Source of the DNA: Eledone cirrhosa
Taxonomy: Eukaryota
Length of the DNA: 64,000 nt
Assembly: GCA_964016885.1 (NCBI GenBank)
Contig: OZ024760.1
Span: 32,302,001 to 32,366,000, forward strand
Reading direction: 5' to 3'
Each line of letters opens with the position of its first letter. Position 1 is the first letter of the stretch. The notes beneath the pieces were generated by a model, which saw only the letters and a list, made by a program, of their open reading frames with translations, ran no database searches and was not told where the DNA came from. This document shows, one piece after another, positions 1-11,654 of this stretch. The position numbers and the translations under genes were made by a program.

Positions 1-1555
1 TGTAGTTCGGCATGCTATCTATTGACATCCTACCAGACTTATCTGTGGGTAGACACACTACCTCACCATCCCTTGTGCGCTGCTTGAGGCTAACCAAGCC
101 TTCTACAGGTTTTATCCCAAGTTGTTGGGCCTCTGGTCTGCTCTGTCTCATAGTGTACCTGTCTACTACTTGTCTAATCTTATTTCTAGCTATGGTGAAC
201 TGTGCCTCCGTCTCGTCATCTATTTGTTGTGGTATGCAAACTCTTTTATTAAAGGGTAACCTCGTAGGATAGATATTACCCATCTTATATGTTTTGTCAG
301 CTGGGTTGAAAAATAGTTTCTCTAAGGGGTTGTCGTTATTTCTATCGTCATAGTTGTGTGTGTTGCTATTATTGTTATCATGGTGGTTGTTGTTGTTTCT
401 ATCCTTAGCATTAATATTATTATTGTTATGATTGCTAGATGTATTGTTGTTTACTTCACCGTTATTGTTGTTGTTGTTACTGCTATTTCTACCATTGTGG
501 TTGTTACTATTATTATGTTTCTTGTTTTTGTTGATGTTGCTACATGTACTATTTCCATTATTACCACTGTGGTTATTGTTGTTGTTGTTGTTCGTATTGT
601 TACCGTTATTACTACTGTGGTCACTGTTGCTGTGTCTGTGGTTAACGTTTCTATTATTATTATTATTGTGGTTGTTGTTGTTCTGTCTATCGCTAGTATT
701 ATTACCATTATCACTATTTCTCACTTTCCTGCCATTGTTATGGTTATGGCTGTTATTTCTATACCCAGAGTTATTGTTTATATTACTACTACCGTTATTA
801 TTGTTGTTGTTGTTTACCTTTGCATTCCAACGTATTTTTGTGAAACACTTTTCCAGCTCCGTTTTGCATTCCATAGGATTAATCTTTTTGTAGATGGCAA
901 ATTTTGGTGGTAACTTTAGGATTTGTTGTTCTTGTTCACTGATTAAAGTGTTCCCATAGATATTTACTGTGTGGTCATTGGTAAATTCTTCCGGTAGTTT
1001 TACATCACTCATACGGATGTTGTCGATGTTATCTGGGTATTTTTGAGAATATTCGATTTTCCTTTCTTGTAGTTTTTTCTTATTCATCCATTCTAATTTC
1101 TTCTTGAAATGCCTACAGCATTCGTTTTGAGCATATTTCGTTTCGCGTCGGATGACGCTCATGAAGTCATCTCTCTCGTTTGCTGTGATGAGATTTCGGA
1201 TTTCCTTACCGTTGATGCGTTTTTGTCTGTAGAGTGCGTTGACTTTTGTGTATGTTGTTCTTTTCATATTAACTGTTATTGTGTGTTTTAGCCGTTCAGC
1301 TTGTGTTTTGTTCAATAATAAATTATTTACTTGTTTTGATATGTTTGTTGTGTATGTTTTGGAGGAAACACAGTGTTTTAAGAAGCGGATTTGTTCTGTT
1401 GTTATTGTAGTTTTTATATAACAGAAAACAGTGTCTTTCAATAACCTTTCAGCTTGGCACAAGCTAATGCCATAGCGGCGATGAATTAGTTTTGCGAGGT
1501 TTTTTATATGAAATCGTGTGTCGAAACAGATATTGTTATATTTGGGGAGGGTCAT
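1..1555 (-). CDS. Penelope-like element family 1 ORF, N-terminal half (open off the window edge, so absent from the ORF track)
   Basis: Manual translation from ATG at 1555 is stop-free to base 1: [22 protein letters not shown]...LKLPPKFAIY...ELEKCFTKIRWN-(Asn-rich tract)-...LPFNKRV...PTDKSGRMSIDSMPNY. It is collinear with the 898-aa PLE protein at 31449 (LPFNKRT...PTDKSGRMSVDSLPNY). Confidence 0.9.
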   Translation of the reverse strand, partial: MTLPKYNNICFDTRFHIKNLAKLIHRRYGISLCQAERLLKDTVFCYIKTTITTEQIRFLKHCVSSKTYTTNISKQVNNLLLNKTQAERLKHTITVNMKRTTYTKVNALYRQKRINGKEIRNLITANERDDFMSVIRRETKYAQNECCRHFKKKLEWMNKKKLQERKIEYSQKYPDNIDNIRMSDVKLPEEFTNDHTVNIYGNTLISEQEQQILKLPPKFAIYKKINPMECKTELEKCFTKIRWNAKVNNNNNNNGSSNINNNSGYRNNSHNHNNGRKVRNSDNGNNTSDRQNNNNHNNNNNRNVNHRHSNSDHSSNNGNNTNNNNNNNHSGNNGNSTCSNINKNKKHNNSNNHNGRNSSNNNNNNGEVNNNTSSNHNNNNINAKDRNNNNHHDNNNSNTHNYDDRNNDNPLEKLFFNPADKTYKMGNIYPTRLPFNKRVCIPQQIDDETEAQFTIARNKIRQVVDRYTMRQSRPEAQQLGIKPVEGLVSLKQRTRDGEVVCLPTDKSGRMSIDSMPNY

Positions 1556-1734
1556 ATTTGCGTAATATTGCCAGAATTAATAACAGAACACACTCACTGT
1601 TTGGTTGGTTTTCGCTTCTCGCTGTCTTTTATATATATATATCTGCGATCTAACTTACTCGGTCCTCAATGTTGCCATTGACTGACCGGCGGTCAAAAAT
1701 AATACAGATACAATATAGACAAACACATATATAT

Positions 1735-1788
1735 ATAGTTTACATAAATCTTTCGTTGCACATCTGCAACATCGTCAGTGGTGTTATA
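1735..1788 (-). ncRNA. Type I hammerhead ribozyme motif in PLE family 1 pseudo-LTR (left arm)
   Basis: Reverse complement reads CTGACGA-T-GTTGCA-GATG-TGCAAC-GAAA-GATT-TA. Core and 6-bp stem II are intact; stem I is weak. Confidence 0.65.
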
Positions 1789-2064
1789 TTCATTGTTCCT
1801 CCTGTTGTGTTGTATGTCTACGCCATTTTTTTTTTTTTTTTTTTTTTGTTCAGTCTGTCTATATATTTATTTATTTATTTGCTTGTTTGTTTATCTTATT
1901 TTATTTTGTCTTCTTTGCGCATGCGTTTGCGTGTGTGTATAGTGTTATGTGTGATGTGTGACTAGTGTGTATAGTGTTGTGTCTGCTGGGTGACTAGTGT
2001 GTGTTTATGTGCTTGTGTATGTATTTATTTATCTTATTTTATTTAATTTAATTTACTTATTTAT

Positions 2065-2783
2065 TTATACTTCTCTTAGGTCAGTGTTGTTTGTTTGGGT
2101 GTTGTTGTTGTTCCACTCATTCTTTCTGTTTAGCTTTGGTCTTCTAATTTCTATTTCACTGGCCTCTCTGATTTGCCTATCTGCTGGGTCATTCCTATGT
2201 TTAGATATTATTCTAATTTCTATGTTGTCTATGTTACCGTCATGATGTTGTCTAGCATGTTCGTATAGTACTGACCCGTTCTTTCGTCCTTTTAGTTCCC
2301 CCCAGTGTTGGTCTATCCTTTCACCTATGCTACGAGCTGTCTCACCTATGTATGTTGTTGTCGTGTTTCTGCAAGTACCCTCTGTACATCTTATGCTATA
2401 GACTACGTTTCTAGTTTTACAGTTTATCCGGGGGTTCACCTTACATATGATACATTTCCTATTGGTACAGTGGGTTTTCTTAAAAGGGTAGGTTTTGCTG
2501 ATCAGGGATTTTATGGTGGTTCCTGGCTTTTCTACTACCTTTATTTTTAAGTGGGTCTTTCTCAGGGCCTTTCTACACTGGTTAGCTAATTTCCCTCCAG
2601 GGGTGGCGTCCACAAACATGACACTCTGATATCTCTGGTTGTCGTACCATGATGTGGCCTTCCCTATCTTATGTCTAGCCCTATCTAAGCTATTCCATGA
2701 TTTGCTCCTGTATAGTGGGCAAATTCCTTTCATGTCCAGTTCTATGAGGGTCTTATACTTTTCCATGGCTCCTTCGTATACTC
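2065..2783 (-). CDS. PLE family 1 C-terminal fragment: Cys-rich linker + GIY-YIG endonuclease (5'-truncated)
   Basis: CxxxxCxxC...C linker, NVVYSIRC...YIGETARS..ERIDQH...EH...RQIREA...PKLN motifs; clearly homologous to the C-terminus of the 898-aa ORF. Confidence 0.9.
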
Positions 2784-3157
2784 TGAACCCCCGGATAAAC
2801 TGTAAAACTAGAAACGTAGTCTATAGCATAAGATGTACAGAGGGTACTTGCAGAAACACGACAACAACATACATAGGTGAGACAGCTCGTAGCATAGGTG
2901 AAAGGATAGACCAACACTGGGGGGAACTAAAAGGACGAAAAAACGGGTCAGTACTATACGAACATGCTAGACAACATCATGACGGTAACATAGACAACAT
3001 AGAAATTAGAATAATATCTAAACATAGGAATGACCCAGCAGATAGGCAAATCAGAGAGGCCAGTGAAATAGAAATTAGAAGACCAAAGCTAAACAGAAAG
3101 AATGAGTGGAACAACAACAACACCCAAACAAACAACACTGACCTAAGAGAAGTATAA
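2784..3157 (+). CDS. Inverted copy of PLE family 1 GIY-YIG endonuclease segment
   Basis: NPRINCKTRNVVYSIRC...DLREV is identical to the end of the 2065..2766 minus-strand ORF. Confidence 0.85.
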
Positions 3158-3436
3158 ATAAATAAGTAAATTAAATTAAATAAAATAAGATAAATAAATA
3201 CATACACAAGCACATAAACACACACTAGTCACCCAGCAGACACAACACTATACACACTAGTCACACATCACACATAACACTATACACACACGCAAACGCA
3301 TGCGCAAAGAAGACAAAATAAAATAAGATAAACAAACAAGCAAATAAATAAATAAATATATAGACAGACTGAACAAAAAAAAAAAAAAAAAAAAAAAAAT
3401 GGCGTAGACATACAACACAACAGGAGGAACAATGAA

Positions 3437-3491
3437 TATAACACCACTGACGATGTTGCAGATGTGCAACGAAAGATTTATGTAAACTATA
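3437..3491 (+). ncRNA. Type I hammerhead ribozyme motif in PLE family 1 pseudo-LTR (right arm)
   Basis: CTGACGA (3447) T GTTGCA gatg TGCAAC GAAA GATT TA; predicted cleavage after 3480. Confidence 0.65.
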
Positions 3492-3695
3492 TATATATGT
3501 GTTTGTCTATATTGTATCTGTATTATTTTTGACCGCCGGTCAGTCAATGGCAACATTGAGGACCGAGTAAGTTAGATCGCAGATATATATATATAAAAGA
3601 CAGCGAGAAGCGAAAACCAACCAAACAGTGAGTGTGTTCTGTTATTAATTCTGGCAATATTACGCAAATATGACCCTCCCCAAATATAACAATAT

Positions 3696-3854
3696 ATATA
3701 TTTATATATATATTTATGTATATATATATATATTTATATATATATTTATGTATATATATATATATATTTATATATATATTTATGTATATATATATATTTA
3801 TATATATATTTATGTATATATATATATTTATATATATATTTATGTATATTTATG

Positions 3855-3885
<31 letters not shown>

Positions 3886-3908
3886 TTATATATATATTTA
3901 TGTATATT

Positions 3909-3964
<56 letters not shown>

Positions 3965-4468
3965 TGTATGTATATATATATGTATGTATATATATATATA
4001 TGTGTATGTATATATATATATATATGTATGTATATATATATATATTTATATGTATATATGTATATATATATATATATGTATTTATGTATATATATATATA
4101 TATTTATGTATATATTTATATATATTTATGTATATGTATATATTTATGTATATATATATTTATGTATATATTTATATATATTTATGTATATATTTATATA
4201 TATTTATGTATATGTATATATTTATATATATTTATGTATATATATATATATATATATATTTATATGTATTTATGTATATATATATATATATATATTTATG
4301 TATATATTTATATATATTTATGTATATATTTATATATATTTATGTATATATATATATATATATATTTATATGTATTTATGTATATATATATATATATGTA
4401 TTTATGTATATATATATATATATGTATTTATGTATATATATTTATGTATATATTTATATGTATTTATG

Positions 4469-4499
<31 letters not shown>

Positions 4500-4780
4500 T
4501 TATGTATATATTTATATATATTTATGTATATATTTATATGTATTTATGTATATATATATATATATATATTTATATGTATTTATGTATATATATATTTATA
4601 TATATTTATGTATATATTTATATATATTTATGTATATATATGTATATATTTATATGTATTTATGTATATATTTATATATATTTATATATATTTATGTATA
4701 TATTTATATATATTTATGTATATATTTATATATATATATATTTATTTATATATATATATATTTATATATATTTATGTATA
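3696..4780. repeat. (TA)n microsatellite with TTTATG/TATG interruptions
   Basis: Directly visible. Confidence 0.97.
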
Positions 4781-7614
4781 TCATCATCATCATCAACGTT
4801 TAACGTCCGTGTTCCACGCTTGCATGGGTTTGGACGGGGGTAGTCCCACTTGAGGCAAGAGTGATTGTCTTGCTCGCATAGGACTGTCTGGCAGGTTTTC
4901 TACAGTTGGATGCCCTTCCTAACACCAACCACATTTACAGTGTGGGTCTGGGAGGTTTTTACCGTGTTGCCTACACGGCCACATTACAGCGTGGACTGTG
5001 TGTTTTTTTGTCGTGACACCTACACAATCTCATTTGTTTCGGCCTCGATAGCGCGGCACCAACATAACTTTACATAGAACGGGGTGGTGGGGTGGGGGTG
5101 GTGGTGGTGGGACGGGGTGTATTTTGTTAGAGATGCCTACTGGCTGGAGTAGGTTTTACTATATATTTTTAGGTAAGGCGGGTCTTCTCTGTTACTGAGT
5201 ACCGCCAAAGGTCTCGGTCCAGTGACATTGTCTTGGAGAGGTGTAAGTGTGTGATGTCGGAGTTTATCAGCTCGTCCCAGGATTTTCTGGGTCTGCCTCC
5301 TCCGTGGCTACCGTCTACCTTTATTGCCCTGCACTTTGCTATACAGCTATCGACTTTCATGCGCATCACGTGTCCATACCAACGTAGCCTTCTCTCGAGT
5401 AAACAACATCTGATCCCTCTTATCTCTAATTTTTTCCTTAGTTCGTTTATGCTTTGCCGTTCACGTATATTACTGTTACACATCCAGCGGAGCATGCAAG
5501 CTTCGTTCCTCTCTAGTCTGCGTATATCCTCTGCACACAATTCCCAGGTCTCACTGCCATGCAGCATTGCTGTTCGTATGCAGGCATCGTACAACCTGCC
5601 TTTCATTTTTAGGGAGAACCCTTTAGCAGCTAATAGTGGTATAAGCTCTCTGAACTTTTTCCAACCAGTTCTGACTCTAGCTACAGTACTTTCAGAGCAC
5701 CCTCCCCCACTGCTGATTTTATCGCCCAAGTAACGGAAGCTGTCCACTATTTCTATAGAACCCTCTGCGCAATTGAAAGAGCTAGTATTTTGTGGGCACT
5801 TGCTGCTACTTATTGCACCAGAGCACCGGCCACATGTAAAATCTATGTTCTTAGTTAGCTTACCTGTGATCCCACTACATCTTTTATGCACCCATACTTT
5901 GCATTTAGGACATAAAATGGAGTTTCTACCTACGCCTTTCCTACACACCGAGCACGACCATTTCCCAGAAGGGACCGCCGCCTTGTTTTCTTTCCTACAA
6001 ACTAGTACTTTGGTCTTAGCCAGGTTAATTTTAAGTCCTTTTGACTCTAGGCCGTGCTTCCATGTTTGGAATTTCTTCTCTAGCCCGGCCATTGATTCCG
6101 CTATGAGTGTCAGGTCGTCTGCGTATAGGAGTTCCCATGGGCAGCCTGTCTTGAACTCCTCTGTTATAGCCTGAAGGGCAATAATAAATAGTAGTGGGCT
6201 GAGAACAGAGCCCTTATGGACGCCAACTTTTACGCTAAACTCTTCACTATATTCGTTGTTAATTCTAACCTTGCTGACTGTTTCTTTATACATGGCTTGT
6301 ATAGCCCTCACAAGCCATTCGTCAACGCCTAGTTTTCTAAGAGCCAACCAGATAATGGAGCGGGGGACTCTGTCGAAGGCTTTCTCCAAGTCGACGAAAG
6401 CTAAGTAGAAGGGTTTACCTTTAGCTAGGTACTTCTCCTGTAGTTGTCGTACTATGAAAAGAGCGTCTGTGGTACTTTTGCCTGACACAAACCCGAACTG
6501 CATTTCATCTAGGTCAATTCTCTCTCTGATTAGTTGCGCTATTACTTTTTCCGTGACTTTCATGACCTGGTCGATTAATTTAATGCCTCTATAGTTACTC
6601 CTATCTAGGGCGTCTCCTTTACCCTTATAACAGTTAACGATGATGCTGCTATGCCAGTCCTTCGGAACAACCCCATTCTGTACGACTTGGTTAACTATGC
6701 GGGTGACCATGGTGTGTCCCACCGTGCCAGATGCCTTCAGCATCTCAGCAACTATTTCCGAAGGACCAGCCGCCTTACCTGTCTTCATATCCTTGATTGC
6801 CTTACTTATTATACTCCCCTCGACTAACACTGCTGGTCCCTCTATTGGGTCGATATGGGGGAGACTGTCTTTCTCCCATTTATTCTCCTCATTTAGTAGC
6901 CTTTCATAGTGACACTTCCAAGCTACCTTCTTATCAGCGTCGGTGATGGCAAGTGTGCCATCGTCGTTTAGTACACACTTCTCCCCGACAATATCAAGGT
7001 TTTCCTTGACGCATTGCCTAGCAATCCTGAACACCTCACGGCTTGCTAAGTACACTTGTCTCCTAGCTTCCCTCCTGGCCACTTGGTAGTCTTCTCTACT
7101 TCCCTCATCCCGCCATACTTTCCAAGCCTGCTTTTTGGCCTTAATTGACCCCTCCACCTTACTGTTCCACCACCATGTTACTCTCCTCCTGCCTACAGGC
7201 CTGCTCCAGCCACAGACTTCGTCTGTCGCCAACAGCAGGTTTGCTTTCAGAAATTCCCACTCTCCCTCTATATTGTCCGACTCTAAATGTTCTTCCTTAC
7301 TGTCGAAAGCATCAAGTAATATGCTTTGAAATTTATTCCTGGCTGTGGGGTCCTTTAGCTTCCATATTTTTCTCCTGAGGATAGTCCTCTTCTGCTGTCG
7401 AGTACGTCTCGTCCTGACTATGAGGTCGCTAATTATCAGTCTATGTTGGGAGGTGCATTCTTCATGGGGGAGGGATTTAGTGTTTACAACAGACACTCTG
7501 TCACGTCTTCTGGTAAGGATATAATCTACCTGGCTTGTGTGTTCCCCGGATCTATAGGTGATCAGGTGATTGTCACGTTTTTTGAAGTTAGTGTTACAGA
7601 TAGTTAGGTTATTT
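4781..7614 (-). mobile_element. RTE-clade LINE, family A, 5'-truncated; ORF 5169..7496 (end of APE endonuclease, RT, PHD-type finger)
   Basis: [35 protein letters not shown] motifs; (GAT)n 3' tail; 18-codon in-frame deletion relative to the copy at 14554. Confidence 0.93.
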
Positions 7615-7789
7615 ATATATATATATATTTATATATATTTATTTATATATATTTATATATATTTATGTATATATATATATATATTTATGTATATATATAT
7701 ATATATATTTATGTATATATATATATATATATTTATGTATATATATATATATATATTTATATATATTTATCTATATATATATATATATA

Positions 7790-8002
7790 TAAGTATGTAC
7801 ACGTACATACATATATGTATACCGACGTATAATAAATGTTCGGTGAATCCATACGTGCATATATATATGTGTGCATGTATGTATATATATATATACATAC
7901 TACTGTACGTCGGTATACATATATGTATGTACGTGTACATACTTATATTTAAGTAACAGCCGTACTAAGAGTGGGAAATGAAATATCGTTTCATTTTTTC
8001 CG
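7790..8002. repeat. Short non-coding interspersed repeat related (opposite strand) to 20632-21201
   Basis: Shares GTACTAAGAGTG.GAAATGAAAT.TCGTTT and CTACTGTACGTC blocks with the 20.6-21.2 kb element. Confidence 0.55.
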
Positions 8003-8100
8003 TTTATATATATATATTTATATATATTTATGTATATATATATATATATATTTATATATATTTATGTATATATATATATATATATTTATATATATTTATG

Positions 8101-8135
<35 letters not shown>

Positions 8136-8140
8136 TTATG

Positions 8141-8171
<31 letters not shown>

Positions 8172-8202
8172 TTATGTATATATATATATATATATATTTA
8201 TG

Positions 8203-8233
<31 letters not shown>

Positions 8234-8264
8234 TTATGTATATATATATATATATATATTTATG

Positions 8265-8295
<31 letters not shown>

Positions 8296-8504
8296 TTATG
8301 TATATATATATATATATATATTTATATAGATTTATGTATATATATATTTATGTATATATATATATATATATATATTTTTGTATGTATATATATATATTTA
8401 TGTATGTATATATATATATTTATATATATATATTTATGTATATATATATATATATTTATGTATGTATATATATATATTTATGTATATATATATATATATA
8501 TATT

Positions 8505-8549
<45 letters not shown>

Positions 8550-8550
8550 G

Positions 8551-8589
<39 letters not shown>

Positions 8590-8706
8590 GTATATATATA
8601 TTTATGTATATATATATTTATATATATATATATATATATTTATGTATATATATATTTATATATATATATATATATATTTATGTATATATATATTTATATA
8701 TATATA

Positions 8707-9043
8707 TCATTTCATTTTCATTTTACGTCCGCTTTTCCCTGCTTGCAAGGGTGGGACGGGAACTGATTCTGGCTTGATTTCTACAGCTGGATGCCCTTCC
8801 TAACACCAACCTCATTTACAGTGAGTGCTGGGTGCTTTTTTGCCGTGGCACCTACACGACCACTTTGCAGTGGAATGATAAGGACCTCAGTCCCTATCAT
8901 CTCATTTCTACAGCTGAGTAAACTGGAGCAATTTGAAATAAAGTGTCTTGCTCAAGGAAACAACACACCACCCGGTCTGAGAATTGAACTCACAACCTTT
9001 CGATTGCAAGGCCAATGCTCTAACCACTAAGCCATGTGCCTCC
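8707..9043 (-). mobile_element. tRNA-derived SINE with CORE-like body and RTE-derived 3' tail
   Basis: Minus strand: A box TGGCTTAGTGG, B box GAGTTCAATTC, CCTTGAGCAAGACACTT core-like segment, 3' end matching the RTE family B terminus. Confidence 0.85.
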
Positions 9044-9128
9044 ATATATATGTATATATTTATGTATATATATATTTATATATATATATGTATATATTTA
9101 TGTATGTATATATATATATATATTTATG

Positions 9129-9163
<35 letters not shown>

Positions 9164-9220
9164 GTATGTATATATATACATATATATATATAATTATGTA
9201 TGTATATATATATAATTATG

Positions 9221-9255
<35 letters not shown>

Positions 9256-9287
9256 GTATGTATATATATATATTTATGTATGTATGT

Positions 9288-11540
9288 ATCATCATCATCA
9301 TCATCAGGTTTAGCGTCCGTGTTCCACGCTTGCATGGGTTTGGACGGGGGTTTTCCCACTTGAGGCAAGAGTGGTTGTCTTGCTCGCATAGGACTGTCTG
9401 GCGGGTTTTCTACAGTTGGATGCCCTTCCTAACACCAACCACATTTACAGTGTGGGGCTGGGAGGTTTTTACCGTGTTGCCTACACGGCCACATTACAGC
9501 GTGGACTGTGTGGCGGGTTTTCTACAGCTGGATGCCCTTCCTAACACCAACCACATTTACAGTGTGGGGCTGGGAGGTTTTTACCGTGTTGCCTACACGG
9601 CCACATTTACAGCGTGGACTGTGTGTTTTTTTTGTCTTGACACCTACACGATCTCATTTGTTTCGGCCTGGATGTTGTGGGACCAACATAACTGTACATT
9701 GAAAGGGGCGGTGTGGATGGGGTGGAGGTGGTGGGACGGGGGGGCGGGTGTTTTGATATAGATGCCTACTGACTGTAGTAGGTTTTTACTTTGTATTTAG
9801 GTAAGGCGGGTCTTCTCTATTACTGAGTACCGCCAAAGGTCTCGGTCCAGTGACATTGTCTTGGAGAGGTGTAAGCGTGTGAGGTCGGAATTTATCAGCT
9901 CGTCCCATGTTTTTCTGGGTCTGCCTACTCCGTGGCTACCGTCTATCTTTATTGCCCTGCACTTTGTTATACAGCTGTCGTCTTTCATGCGCATCACGTG
10001 ACCGTACCAACGTAGCCTTCTCTCGAGTAAACAACATCTGATCCCTCTTATTTCTAATTTTTTCCTTAGTTCGTTTATGCTTTGCCGTTCACGTATATTA
10101 CTATTGCACATCCAGTGGAGCATGCAAGCTTCGTTCCTCTCTAGTCTGCGTATATCCTCTGCACACAATGCCCAGGTCTCACTGCCATGCAGCATTGCTG
10201 TTCGTATGCAGGCATCGTATAACCTGCCTTTCATTTTTAGGGAGAACCCTCTAGCGGCTAATAGTGGTATAAGCTCTCTGAACTTTTTCCATCCAGTTCT
10301 GACTCTAGCTACTGTACTTTCAGAGCACCCTCCCCCACTGCTGATTTTGTCACCCAGGTAACGGAAGCTGTCCACTATTTCTATAGAACCCTCTGCGCAG
10401 TTGAAGGAGCTAGTATTTTGTGGGCACTTGCTGCTACTTATTGCACCAGAGCACCGGCCACATGTAAAATCTATGTTCTTAGTTAGCTTACCTGTGATCC
10501 CACTACATCTTTTATGCACCCATACTTTGCATTTGGGACATAAAATGGAGTTTCTACCTACGCCTTTCCTACACACTGAGCATGGCCATTTCCCAGATGG
10601 GACTGCCGCCATATTTTCTTTCCTACAAACTAGAACTTTTGTCTTAGCCAGGTTAATTTTAAGGCCTTTTGATTCTAGGCCGTGCTTCCATGTTTGGAAT
10701 TTCTTCTCTAGTTCGGTCATTGATTCAGCTATGAGCGTTAGATCATCTGCGTATAGGAGTTCCCATGGGCAGCCGGTCTTGAACTCCTCTGTTATAGCCT
10801 GAAGGGCAATAATAAATAGTAGGGGGCTAAGAACAGAGCCCTGATGGACACCGACTTTTACGCTAAACTCTTCACTATATTCGTTGTTAATTCTAACCTA
10901 CTGACTGTTTCTTTATACATGGCTTGTATAGCTCTCACAAGCCATTCGTCAACACCTAGTTTTCTAAGAGACCACCAGATAATGGAACGGGGGACTCTGT
11001 CGAAGGCTTTCTCCAAGTCGACGAAAGCTAAGTATAGGGGTTTACTTTTAGCTAGGTACTTCTCCTGTAGTTGTCGTACAATGAAAAGAGCGTCTGTGGT
11101 ACTTTTGCCTGACACAAACCCGAACTGCATTTCATCTAGATCAATTCTCTCTCTGATTAGTTGCGCTATTACTTTTTCCGTGACCTTCATGACCTGGTCA
11201 ATTAATTTAATGCCTCTATAGTTACTCCTATCTAGGGCATCTCCTTTTCCCTTATAGCAGTTAACGATGATGCTGCTACGCCAGTCCTTCGGAACAACCC
11301 CATTCTGTACGACTTGGTTAACTATCCGGGTGACCATGGTGTGTCCCACCGAACCAGATGCCTTCAGCATCTCAGCAACTATTTCCGAAGGACCAGCCGC
11401 CTTACCCGTCTTCATATCTTTGATTGCCTTGTTTATTGTACTACCCTGGACTAAGACTGCTGGTCCCTCTATTGGGTCGATGTGGGGGAGACTGTCTTTC
11501 TCCCATTTGTTCTCCTCATTTAGAAGCCTTTCGTAGTGAG
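9288..11540 (-). mobile_element. RTE family A subfamily copy, 5'-truncated, frameshifted near 10900
   Basis: ORFs 10858..11415 and 9797..10720 are consecutive RT pieces; ~110-bp tandem duplication in the 3' UTR; (GAT)n tail. Confidence 0.9.
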
Positions 11541-11654
11541 ATATATATATTTATGTATATATGTATATATATATATATATATATTTATGTATATATATAT
11601 TTATGTATGTATGTATATATATATTTATGTATATATATATTTATATATATATAT

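Larger units (their letters stand above)
1..3695. mobile_element. PLE family 1 insertion: minus-strand partial tandem (3' part of one unit, UTR, start of next unit) plus an inverted plus-strand 3' copy
   Basis: Arms ~1529-2438 and 2784-3695 are reverse complements except for poly-A length. The junction has TGA microhomology at ~2784. The right arm ends at AACAATAT and runs into (TA)n. Confidence 0.9.

Noticed and set aside
356-913. Hydrophobic V/I/L-rich ORFs resembling membrane proteins
   Set aside because: Antisense reading of the Asn-rich (AAC/AAT) tract of the PLE ORF; the same applies at 30600-31630.
2639-3157. 172-aa plus-strand ORF as a standalone endonuclease gene
   Set aside because: Chimera across the inversion junction; its first ~48 codons are antisense PLE sequence.
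5233-7378. Plus-strand ORFs recurring opposite each RTE copy
   Set aside because: Antisense shadows of the RT frame; they recur only because the element is repeated.
8965-9043. Functional tRNA gene
   Set aside because: A/B boxes are present, but the anticodon and acceptor stems do not pair and it continues into a SINE body.
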